32,000 bases of DNA from Candidatus Kuenenia stuttgartensis. GTDB taxonomy: Bacteria; Planctomycetota; Brocadiia; Brocadiales; Brocadiaceae. Shown piece by piece: positions 1 through 10,003 of the stretch; positions within the stretch are counted from its first letter, which is position 1; each line of letters opens with the position of its first letter. The translations under genes were made by a program, and so were the position numbers. Location: assembly GCF_900232105.1 (NCBI RefSeq), contig NZ_LT934425.1:3210001-3242000 (forward strand). Reading direction: 5' to 3'. Under the pieces are notes generated by a model. The model was not told the DNA's origin. It worked only from the letters and a program-made list of their open reading frames with translations, and did not search any database.

Positions 1-833
1 TGTCTTCGATGACGGCAAAGAATGCAGATAATGCAGAAGAGGCAAGCCATTTGACGGTCAAGGCAAAATCTTCGGCGGAGGAAGGCCACGAGACGATGAA
101 ATCATTGCAGACAATTATGCGTGAATTGCATGGAGGAAATAATCAAATTCTTGCAATTATCAAGTCGATTGACGAAATAGCGTTCCAGACAAACCTTTTA
201 GCGCTGAATGCCGCAGTAGAGGCCGCAAGGGCCGGTGAACACGGGAAGGGATTTGCCGTGGTTGCGGACGAGGTTCGCAATTTAGCCCAAAGGTGCGCAA
301 CGGCGTCAAAAGAAACGGCAGACCTGATCAATGCGCGTGTACAGAGCAATGACAACGCCTTAAAGATTACCGAGGTGTTTGCAGAAAAGCTGAAGGAAAT
401 AGCAACGGATACGAAGAAGGTTGCAGATTTGATGGGAGAGATCTCAGCGGCTTCAAGGGAACAATCGGAAGGGGTAGGCCAGATAGGAAAAGCTATGACG
501 TCCATAGATAACGTTACCCAACAAAATGCAGCCAATGCAGAACAAATGGCATCCGCCAGCGAAGAACTATCTTCCCAGTCGGTGAATTTAAGAGAAGTCG
601 TGCTCGAACTCGCAGCACAGGTCGGCGGGATACGGGAGGAGGCTATGGAACCGGAGGTTAAGAAAAAAACATCCTTGAAAAAAGAAATCACTTATCACAG
701 AAGACCTGCCCTAGAGGCTTACAAGGCTGGAGGGAGCAAAGGCCGCAAACATGTTCGCAAAAATGATGAGGGGGAATCAGGGAAAAAACCTGAAGATATA
801 ATACCTATGGATGGTGAGTTCAGTGATTTCTGA
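1..833 (+). CDS. Methyl-accepting chemotaxis protein, C-terminal part (5' end outside window)
   Basis: The reading frame is open to the left window edge. It contains the canonical MCP signalling hairpin [41 protein letters not shown] long Lys/Glu-rich tail ends in GEFSDF. Confidence 0.9.
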   Translation, partial: SSMTAKNADNAEEASHLTVKAKSSAEEGHETMKSLQTIMRELHGGNNQILAIIKSIDEIAFQTNLLALNAAVEAARAGEHGKGFAVVADEVRNLAQRCATASKETADLINARVQSNDNALKITEVFAEKLKEIATDTKKVADLMGEISAASREQSEGVGQIGKAMTSIDNVTQQNAANAEQMASASEELSSQSVNLREVVLELAAQVGGIREEAMEPEVKKKTSLKKEITYHRRPALEAYKAGGSKGRKHVRKNDEGESGKKPEDIIPMDGEFSDF

Positions 834-939
834 TTGTGCAGTAAAATGGATATAATCTTCATATTTCGGAAAGGAAAATTTTTTATTGTATGCTTCGCGC
901 AGAGACGTTATATAAACCCGTTGGAAATTTTCGTATAAC

Positions 940-1422
940 ATGAACGACGCCCCTAATATCTACACCGTTGGCGTTGGAGATGCAAAAATAGCACGGGCTC
1001 CTAACCAATTAAAGACATTGCTCGGTTCATGCATCGGAATAGCATTGTACGACCCCATAGTAAAAGTAGGGGGCATCCTTCATATCATGCTGCCCAAAAA
1101 AATAGGGAATGATCAAAAATTAACGAAATATGCTGACCCGGGATTGCCTTTTTTTATCGGACAAATCATCAAAAACGGCGGAGCGTCAAAAAACACCCTC
1201 CTTGCAAAAATATTTGGCGGCGCAAAGATGTTCGAAACCGCCGGGAAGCTCATTAATATTGGCGAAAAAAATGAACATGAAGTGCGCAGGATATTAAAAG
1301 AAGAAGGTATCAAAATTGTAGCGGCAAAAACGGGTGGAACAAAGGGATACAATATAGCGCTTGATACAACCACCGGCAATGTGGAATGCCGCATATTCGG
1401 AGAAGCTGTCTGTATTTATTAA
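940..1422 (+). CDS. cheD: Chemoreceptor glutamine deamidase CheD
   Basis: 160 aa with GSCIGIALYDP and GGILHIMLP segments typical of CheD. It lies between the mcp and the cheC-like gene. Confidence 0.85.
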   Translation: MNDAPNIYTVGVGDAKIARAPNQLKTLLGSCIGIALYDPIVKVGGILHIMLPKKIGNDQKLTKYADPGLPFFIGQIIKNGGASKNTLLAKIFGGAKMFETAGKLINIGEKNEHEVRRILKEEGIKIVAAKTGGTKGYNIALDTTTGNVECRIFGEAVCIY

Positions 1423-1484
1423 GTATATTAATTTTATTATTTTATTTGCGAAAAGATAGCATTTATCAAAAACAAAGGTAAAAA

Positions 1485-2090
1485 ATGGTTATTTCACCGG
1501 AACGCTTACGGATGTTGGAGGTAATAATGAAGCTTTCTATCGACAATGCTTCAAGGGCCCTTTCCAAGACATTAAGGACCGGTGCAAAAATCACTCTCTC
1601 TAAAATCTACATGGCAGATTTTAACGAAGCCACTGAGAAAATGAATACTGACACGAGGGAAATGACCGGCATTATTGTCAATTTTAAAGGCAACTTCGGC
1701 TGTAAAATGCTGTTTATGCTGCCTCTTGAAGGTTCTACAATACTGACGGACTATTATCTCCGTCTACCGGTGGGTACAACAAAAGAGTTTAACACTGATA
1801 CCGAAAGCGTCTCTCAGGAATTGGGGAATATTCTTGCAAGCCATATCAGCAACACGCTGGTTTCAGACTTCGACGCTACATTATTGCCGGAACCGCCGCA
1901 AGTGCATAACGATTATGCGGGAATAATATTTTCAAGTCTTTTGTTGGAACAAGGGATCTATAGCGATCAATTGCTACTTGTTGAAACAATTTTTGAAATC
2001 TGTAAAACAGAAATTATTTGCTATCTTTTCCTCCTGCCTGAATTGGCATCTTTGGGAAAGCTATTAGATGCAATAGGAGAACGTAAATGA
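1485..2090 (+). CDS. CheC/CheX-family CheY-P phosphatase (single intact active-site motif)
   Basis: The second half carries S-x3-E-x2-N-x22-P (SVSQELGN...LLPEPP). The equivalent first-half motif is degenerate (LEVIMKLSIDNASRALS). The gene overlaps cheY by 4 bp (ATGA). An alternative start at 1527 follows GGAGG at 1517-1521. Confidence 0.7.
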   Translation: MVISPERLRMLEVIMKLSIDNASRALSKTLRTGAKITLSKIYMADFNEATEKMNTDTREMTGIIVNFKGNFGCKMLFMLPLEGSTILTDYYLRLPVGTTKEFNTDTESVSQELGNILASHISNTLVSDFDATLLPEPPQVHNDYAGIIFSSLLLEQGIYSDQLLLVETIFEICKTEIICYLFLLPELASLGKLLDAIGERK

Positions 2091-2452
2091 AACGAATACT
2101 TGTTGTGGATGACGCGAAGGTTGTAAGAATGGTTATCAAACAAATATTGACGCGTAACGACTTTCTGGTGGTCGGAGAGGCGGAAAACGGCAGGGAAGCC
2201 CTTGAAAAATATAAGGAATTAAAACCTGATGCGGTAACCATGGATATCGTAATGCCGGAAGTAGATGGGATCCAGGGGCTGAAGGACATACTCGCTTATG
2301 ATAAAAATGCAAAGGTAGTTATGATTTCGGCAATTGACCAGCGGGACGCATTACAGGCGGCGCTTCTTAACGGAGCATGTGATTTTGTGGTAAAACCATT
2401 TGAAGACGACCGCATGGTATCGTCCTTAAATTCTATACTTGCCAAAGAATAA
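2087..2452 (+). CDS. cheY: CheY-like single-domain response regulator
   Basis: 121-aa receiver domain with LVVDDA, the phospho-acceptor context TMDIVMPEVDG, and VVKPF. Confidence 0.85.
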   Translation: MKRILVVDDAKVVRMVIKQILTRNDFLVVGEAENGREALEKYKELKPDAVTMDIVMPEVDGIQGLKDILAYDKNAKVVMISAIDQRDALQAALLNGACDFVVKPFEDDRMVSSLNSILAKE

Positions 2453-2571
2453 ATAAGAGAATCATCTCCCTCCCCAATAATAACAATGTATCATTGAGGC
2501 TGATAAACAAATAAAAATCCATCTACCACAACCGCTTCCCTTTATAAAGGCTTCCGCAACAGATATTCACT

Positions 2572-2595
2572 ATGGCATAAATGCCATTGTTTTTA
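2572..2595 (+). terminator. Weak hairpin plus T-run downstream of cheY
   Basis: atggca-taaa-tgccat is followed by tgtttttatt. The stem is only 6 bp. Confidence 0.3.
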
Positions 2596-2784
2596 TTATA
2601 ATGGACAGTTTTGTGGTATAAATTCAATATATTTTTTTGTTATTCACATCGCAATCCTTTAACAAAGATACTTCCGTAAAAACCCGCTATCGTATACAGA
2701 AAAGCTGATATTTCATGGCGCATGGCAGCGGCCTGTGTTTCAGATTTAGCTGAACATCCCCATTAACTTTTAAAAAAAAATTGT

Positions 2785-3618
2785 ATGGAAATAGACCTTA
2801 CTGACCAGGAATTTGCCCTATTTCAGAAATTAATTTATGACGAAAGCGGCATCAACCTTTCCCCGGCGAAAAAAGAATTGTTAAAATCCCGCCTGGCAAA
2901 GCGTTTACGCACTCTTTCCCTGAAATCCTTCCGGGAATACCATACCTATGTTACGGAAAGGGATGTTACCGGGAAAGAAATGATTCACATGATTGATTGC
3001 ATTTCAACTAATCTTACTGAATTTTTCAGGGAAATTGCGCATTTTAATTTTTTATCAGAAAAACTCCTTCCGGCATTGCTAAAAAAAAAGAAGAAAATGA
3101 AAGAAAAAAAATTAAGAGTGTGGAGCGCAGGATGTTCAACCGGGGAGGAACCTTACAGTCTTTCTATGGTTTTTAATGAACGTATCGAACAAATAGACAA
3201 ATGGGACGTAAAAATATTGGCGACAGACCTTTCTACCAGGGTATTGGAAAAGGCAAAAAAGGGATTGTATCATAAAGACCGCTTAAAAAGCATAAACGCC
3301 CAGTGGTTACAGACATATTTTAAAAAAGGCAGCGATAACTTTGAAGACTACTATCAGGTGAAGGACGTATTGAAAAATATTATTGTGTTTAGAAGGTTTA
3401 ACTTAATGGAACAAACCTTTCCCTTTAAGGGACAGTTTGATTTTATATTTTGCAGAAACGTTATGATTTATTTTAACAAGCAAACACAAACCGAACTTAT
3501 TTCAAAGTATTACAAACACCTTGCACCTGAAGGCCATCTTTTCATCGGCCATTCCGAAAGCCTGGCAGGCACAAACAGCAAATTCAACTATGTTATTCCA
3601 ACGGTATATCAGAAATAA
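2785..3618 (+). CDS. cheR: Chemotaxis protein methyltransferase CheR
   Basis: SAM-binding context RVWSAGCSTGEEPYS, plus FCRNVMIYF and an HLFIGHSE C-terminal part. 277 aa. Confidence 0.9.
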   Translation: MEIDLTDQEFALFQKLIYDESGINLSPAKKELLKSRLAKRLRTLSLKSFREYHTYVTERDVTGKEMIHMIDCISTNLTEFFREIAHFNFLSEKLLPALLKKKKKMKEKKLRVWSAGCSTGEEPYSLSMVFNERIEQIDKWDVKILATDLSTRVLEKAKKGLYHKDRLKSINAQWLQTYFKKGSDNFEDYYQVKDVLKNIIVFRRFNLMEQTFPFKGQFDFIFCRNVMIYFNKQTQTELISKYYKHLAPEGHLFIGHSESLAGTNSKFNYVIPTVYQK

Positions 3619-3650
3619 TATTGGTGTATTTATGAAAAACACCTTTTTAA

Positions 3651-6092
<2,442 letters not shown>

Positions 6093-6101
6093 AGTTCAAC
6101 G

Positions 6102-6147
6102 TTTGGTACTTTATCAGTAATTTCTTTGCACTTTTTGGCAAAATATT
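6102..6147 (-). repeat. Shared ~45-bp upstream module (second copy at 16362-16408, + strand)
   Basis: The reverse complement reads aatattttgccaaaaagtgcaaagaaattactgataaagtaccaaa. The copy at 16362 reads aatattttgccaaaacatgcaaagaaattacagctaaggtactaaa. Each lies upstream of, and co-oriented with, a gene (cbiA and the beta-propeller gene). Confidence 0.65.
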
Positions 6148-6190
6148 CGTAACTATTCAGCATGAATGATACACACTGAATAGTTACGAA
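6146..6190 (-). terminator. Perfect 15-bp inverted repeat downstream of the minus-strand beta-barrel gene
   Basis: ttcgtaactattcag (6146-6160) pairs with ctgaatagttacgaa (6176-6190) across a 15-nt loop. On the minus strand it is followed by tattttgcc. It could equally be a REP-like element. Confidence 0.35.
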
Positions 6191-6247
6191 ATGGCTCTAT
6201 TATACAGACTTCGTCAGGAATCCCTAATAAAAACAACTATTCCATGT

Positions 6248-7306
6248 TTAAAAATTCCACACAACCGAAGCCATTATCCGCCAATCCACTACCTGCTGAA
6301 TGCCTCTTACATGCTGATATAGCGGATACTGAAATTTCAAGTCGGTGCTGCATCCCGTCTTAGGGATTTTTACATTAACAAGGGGTGTAACGTAAAATGC
6401 TGTGATACCCGTGTTGTCAGGATTGTCAAGCAGAGACGTTTCAGGTCTTGAGAAATTATTATCATGGTCATTGTTACTGCCTGTGTGAAGTCCGTTTAAT
6501 TCAAGCCCGGGGCTGATATATTTATTCACAGGATATCTTGCAGAAATATCTAATGAAATCTGATCGCCAAACTCGTAACCTTCGTCTCCTGCCGTTGTAA
6601 GCTGGTAGAGCAGATTCCCTTGCAAAACAAAGGGGGAAAATTCACGCATATAATTAACAAGGAAAAGAGGATCCCATGAGCCTGTTCCCAATTGCATCAT
6701 AGCATGCACACGATTGCCGGAATCGGTATTTTCGTCATTTTTACCGGTAGGAGTTTTTAGTCCAAACCCGACCATAAGCCTCTCTGCAGGGCGATCAATC
6801 TCATTTTCACGCAGGGAGTATAATCCCATAATGGATATATCACCAAGCCCTTCAACAGTTTCCATCTCCATTTTCATATCCATGTCCATAAAATGTTCCC
6901 CGTCCATTTGATGCCGCATCCGCATTTTCATGTCCATATCATTGATAAGATAGGGAACGGAAACAAGAAACTGTAATCGGTCTGTGGCTGCATATGAACC
7001 GGTAATCGTGTATTTCTGCATAATCATTCTCGTAGGTATTGTAAAACTTTTTGACCCTTCAGGCATATCAGGCCACTCAGAAGCAACCTTATCCAATAAT
7101 GTGTTGCTGCCGATACGACTGTCACCGTCCCTTATTGTCTCCATTTTCGTATAGACATACTGAAGTGACAACCCAAATTTATCTCCAAAAGTTACTTCCG
7201 AAATTGTTGAGCCTGAAAGGCTGCATGCAAGGCCGCATTCGCCTAAAGCAAATACCGCCCTGTTGACAAATAATAAAAACAAAGCCATCGTTATTAGAAT
7301 TCTCAT
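6248..7306 (-). CDS. Outer-membrane beta-barrel protein with a Met/His-rich insert (MetA-pathway/transporter-family-like, tentative)
   Basis: The preferred start is 7306 (MRILITMALFLLFVNRAVFA signal peptide, with aggaaaggg upstream); the ORF itself extends to 7396. It shows alternating beta-strand-like sequence, a GLGDISIMG motif and a C-terminal aromatic end (VVWNF). It also carries MDMKMRMRHQMDGEHFMDMDMKMEM. Confidence 0.55.
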   Translation of the reverse strand: MRILITMALFLLFVNRAVFALGECGLACSLSGSTISEVTFGDKFGLSLQYVYTKMETIRDGDSRIGSNTLLDKVASEWPDMPEGSKSFTIPTRMIMQKYTITGSYAATDRLQFLVSVPYLINDMDMKMRMRHQMDGEHFMDMDMKMEMETVEGLGDISIMGLYSLRENEIDRPAERLMVGFGLKTPTGKNDENTDSGNRVHAMMQLGTGSWDPLFLVNYMREFSPFVLQGNLLYQLTTAGDEGYEFGDQISLDISARYPVNKYISPGLELNGLHTGSNNDHDNNFSRPETSLLDNPDNTGITAFYVTPLVNVKIPKTGCSTDLKFQYPLYQHVRGIQQVVDWRIMASVVWNF

Positions 7307-7420
7307 ACAACAGACCCTTTCCTGAGAATAGAAAAACAAGATAAAGACAGTGGAGGGACAGGTTTTAAGTCTGTCCCTCCACCAGAACCATAACATTAAA
7401 AAATTATGTAAAAAGCATCA

Positions 7421-8269
7421 TTAATGATTATGTCCGCTATGGTCTTCATGCTCTCCATCGTCTTTATCTTTTTTACCACCTTTTCCATTCTTCCCTTCTG
7501 CAGGCCAATATCCGTCTACCGGCAGGTATTCATCAATTGCCTCATCTGAAGGATACACACTGATCTCAAATCCTCCATCGCACCCCTCAGGAAGGGGATT
7601 GTTTTCAAGGTCTCTTACTACCTTAAGGTACGGCCAAAAGCCAACGGAAACGACGTCTTCGTCATCAAACTTTTTCGTTAAACGGCCAATCCAGATATCG
7701 GCACGGTCGGTATCGTCTGTGGATTTGGTACAATAATTGGCAATGGCAATGTATACGGTAAGCGCTGTTGCGCAGGAATCCGGTTTGAATGTAGGAAAGG
7801 TTGCGCTCCATGGAATAACCCCCAGATAACCATCCTTCAGATTCCCATTTGTAAATACAAAAGCCCTGACGTCTTCTGTTTTTTCAGTACCATGCGAGGT
7901 AAATGCCGGGACAGATCCCTCCAGTGTTTTTATTTTTTTAAAAAGACTGTTTACCGCAGGTTTCGCGCCCATGACAGGATTGCCTTCTATATGATCGTGA
8001 AGATTAACCGACTCTTCTGTATCAGATCGCTCGGCAATAGAATCCGCACCATTGGGGAAAACAACACTTTGCGCCCGTATGGATTGTCCGTCGCACCCGT
8101 GAGTTATACTAAAATAATTAAGGCTGGTCGTTCCTTCAAGTTCATCACGGGAATTGTAACTATCCGGGGTATTTTTCGACATGACCGTTGTATGGGCAAT
8201 AGCATTCCCCGAAATAATCATTGCCCCTAAAAATGAGATAATGGGAATATATCTTTTAGGTTGTAACAT
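7421..8269 (-). CDS. Exported protein, YcnI/DUF1775-like (tentative), with His-rich C-terminal tail
   Basis: AGGAGA RBS. The signal peptide MLQPKRYIPIISFLGAMIISGNAIA would leave His as the first mature residue (HTTV...). A downstream ITHGCDG resembles the VPHGCDGS motif I recall from proteobacterial YcnI-like proteins. The tail is GEHEDHSGHNH. Confidence 0.45.
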   Translation of the reverse strand: MLQPKRYIPIISFLGAMIISGNAIAHTTVMSKNTPDSYNSRDELEGTTSLNYFSITHGCDGQSIRAQSVVFPNGADSIAERSDTEESVNLHDHIEGNPVMGAKPAVNSLFKKIKTLEGSVPAFTSHGTEKTEDVRAFVFTNGNLKDGYLGVIPWSATFPTFKPDSCATALTVYIAIANYCTKSTDDTDRADIWIGRLTKKFDDEDVVSVGFWPYLKVVRDLENNPLPEGCDGGFEISVYPSDEAIDEYLPVDGYWPAEGKNGKGGKKDKDDGEHEDHSGHNH

Positions 8270-8478
8270 ATGTTATTTTCTCCTGTTTTTAAAATGAGTA
8301 TAATTCGAATGCATCAGGCTTTCATGCCTGATACTGACAAAATATAAGGCAGAAAACAGGCCGTCGCAGCCAAAAACATATGATGGGGTGCTCTGGTGTG
8401 CAAACACTATCTCTGTTCATCTGCCGCATCTTATTTTATCGAAGGGTATATTGTTTTGTGTTGTAACAAAAGGTGGAT

Positions 8479-8919
8479 TTATGAGAGGTAACGCGGTGGC
8501 TTTTCAGGAGGCGAAACTACAGGTTCGCATGGTTGAATGAATGGGTCATTGCAGAGAAAACATAAAAATGCCAATCGGTAGTCTGTTGCAGGGTCTTCCA
8601 GTATGTATTTAAGATTGCCCTTTATAAAAGCCAGTGTATCGCTTCCCGATTTACATTGTATACTGCTTATGAAAGAATGAAATCCGTTTTTCTGTTGCTT
8701 TGCATCATTTTGTGACACTAAACGGTCTCCGGCAGGAAAACAACAGCAATTTGTCCTGCAATCCGCTTCGGATTTGCAGCCACATTCATGATCCATACAC
8801 GAAAATGCAACCTGCTTTTTCGGAGGGTTAATAACAATGCCGGCGCTGCATAACGCCAAAAACACCATAATCAGTATCTGAAAACAGGCGATACTATTTC
8901 TGATTCTGTTCATTCTCAT
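8479..8919 (-). CDS. Small exported Cys-rich protein, unknown function
   Basis: An N-terminal hydrophobic signal or anchor (IACFQILIMVFLALCSAG) is followed by CMDHECGCKSEADCRTNCCC. It is the first gene of the minus-strand trio. I recognise no family. Confidence 0.5.
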   Translation of the reverse strand: MRMNRIRNSIACFQILIMVFLALCSAGIVINPPKKQVAFSCMDHECGCKSEADCRTNCCCFPAGDRLVSQNDAKQQKNGFHSFISSIQCKSGSDTLAFIKGNLKYILEDPATDYRLAFLCFLCNDPFIQPCEPVVSPPEKPPRYLS

Positions 8920-9277
8920 AATTGATAGAATTGAGTTTTATCCTTTACAGAAAAGGCACATTTTATTCCCGGAAGACAACATTTACAAGCATATTATCTT
9001 GCGGTAAATCAGTCGCCGTTGACGGAAGATTTTTCCTGCATTGGTGTTTTTCAAAAAAACGAAACCGTTTACATGTTTTCAAACGGGGATTGTCGCATAA
9101 AAAATGGTGCAATATTTCCTTTGATATAATACGGGTAACGAATAAAATAGAGCCTGTTAATAAATGGTGAAATCCGAAACACTAAATCCGAAGCAAATTC
9201 TAATGACAAAATGATTTGAAATTCTAAACAAGTGCACCTTTAGTATCTCGCGTCTCGTGCTTCATATTGTTGCCTGC

Positions 9278-9400
9278 CTGTGCGTGATTGCACGCAGACA
9301 GGTATGTTTTGGATTTGTTTTGAATTTTATGCTTTGTTATTCGGATTTGTTTCGTACTTCGTATTTCGTATTTTTTATTTCCTGTTTGTTTGGTTCTGGC
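9278..9400 (+). repeat. ~120-bp intergenic element, copy A (copy B at 25078-25200)
   Basis: It aligns by eye with 25078-25200 over tgattgcacgcaga...ttttgaattttatgctttgtt.ttcggatttgtttcg...cgtattttttatttc. It contains a heptamer array (gtacttc gtatttc gtatttt ttatttc). Confidence 0.75.
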
Positions 9401-9428
9401 TATGCCAGTTTAGGAAAGGCAGTATGAT

Positions 9429-9890
9429 ATGGCAGGTTTATTCCGAAGGGGAACGATGGTTTCCGATGAAAGAGAAAAAAATAGTAAATCAAAAAAGGAG
9501 GTTGGGATGGGAGAGGGAAATATAACGTATTTGACGCCGGATGCGGAGTTCAGGGGTACTATTAAGTTTACCAGAACGCTAAAAATTGACGGAAAATTTG
9601 ACGGAGAGATGTTAACAGACGAAGGAGAGGTTATTGTCGGAAGCACCGGCGTTGTCAAGGCGAATGTTAAGGTGAAGAATGCCATTGTCGAGGGGCAAGT
9701 GGACGGAAATATTATCGCTTCTGAAAGGGTTGAACTTAGGAAAAACGCAAAATTAATGGGGGATTTGCAGGCGAAAACGCTTGTAATTGACGAAGGCGTT
9801 ATATTTGTCGGCAAATGCAGCGTACATCCTGAAGGATTTACGGAGAGGCCTAAAATGAACGAAAACAAGACGGCAGGTAAAGCCCTGTAG
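9429..9890 (+). CDS. Bactofilin (DUF583) cytoskeletal protein
   Basis: Beta-helical repeat core FRGTIKFTRTLKIDGKFDGEM...VKANVKVKNAIVEGQVDGNIIASERVELRKNAKLMGDLQAKTLVIDEGVIFVGK. The 9429 start gives MAGLFRRG, which resembles bactofilin N-terminal membrane-targeting peptides. An alternative start at 9507 lies behind AGGAGG (9496-9501). Confidence 0.85.
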   Translation: MAGLFRRGTMVSDEREKNSKSKKEVGMGEGNITYLTPDAEFRGTIKFTRTLKIDGKFDGEMLTDEGEVIVGSTGVVKANVKVKNAIVEGQVDGNIIASERVELRKNAKLMGDLQAKTLVIDEGVIFVGKCSVHPEGFTERPKMNENKTAGKAL

Positions 9891-9898
9891 GCTGGAGG

Positions 9899-9936
9899 TA
9901 CGAAGTACGATTTAAAATCTAAAATCGTACTTCGTA
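9899..9936 (+). terminator. 15-bp perfect hairpin just after the bactofilin stop, embedded in a heptamer array (9898-9950)
   Basis: tacgaagtacgattt (9899-9913) pairs with aaatcgtacttcgta (9922-9936). No clean T-run follows, so it may be a REP-like element rather than an intrinsic terminator. Confidence 0.4.
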
Positions 9937-10003
9937 AATCTAAAAGTAACGAGGTTTTTACAGAGCATGCGATATCCCCCTTATTTGTGGTATTTTTAAT
10001 CTG

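Noticed and set aside
143-691. 182-aa ORF antisense to the MCP gene
   Set aside because: The + strand encodes the unmistakable MCP signalling domain. The antisense translation is low-complexity (Ser/Ala-rich) with no recognisable motif or RBS.
2613-2623. Extended -10-like TGgTATAAA upstream of cheR
   Set aside because: There is no convincing -35 element, it is 160 nt from the start codon, and AT-rich intergenic DNA produces such matches by chance.
6093-6247. Cobalamin riboswitch upstream of cbiA
   Set aside because: Only 155 bp are available, and the 15-bp inverted repeat and the shared 45-bp module fill them. I could not find a B12-box-like core.
9065-9086. Hairpin plus T-run on the minus strand, ~140 nt upstream of the Cys-rich gene, as a leader attenuator
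   Set aside because: The stem is only 6 bp and AT-rich (ccgttt/aaacgg) with a 10-nt loop. That is too weak to call without folding energies or conservation.
9280-9525. Small ORFs that run through repeat elements (9280-9525, 10512-10808, 15808-16017, 21027-21332, 25080-25358, 27935-28339)
   Set aside because: Their sequences are translations of heptamer arrays or palindromic repeats (for example FVFRIFYFLF, SAIGSPQSANCRLP, SRSQAGQTG). They lack RBSs. The DNA-level repeat structure explains them better than coding does.
9410-9868. 152-aa ORF antisense to the bactofilin gene
   Set aside because: The sense strand gives a clear bactofilin repeat core. The antisense product is low-complexity (Ser/Pro/Thr/Phe).
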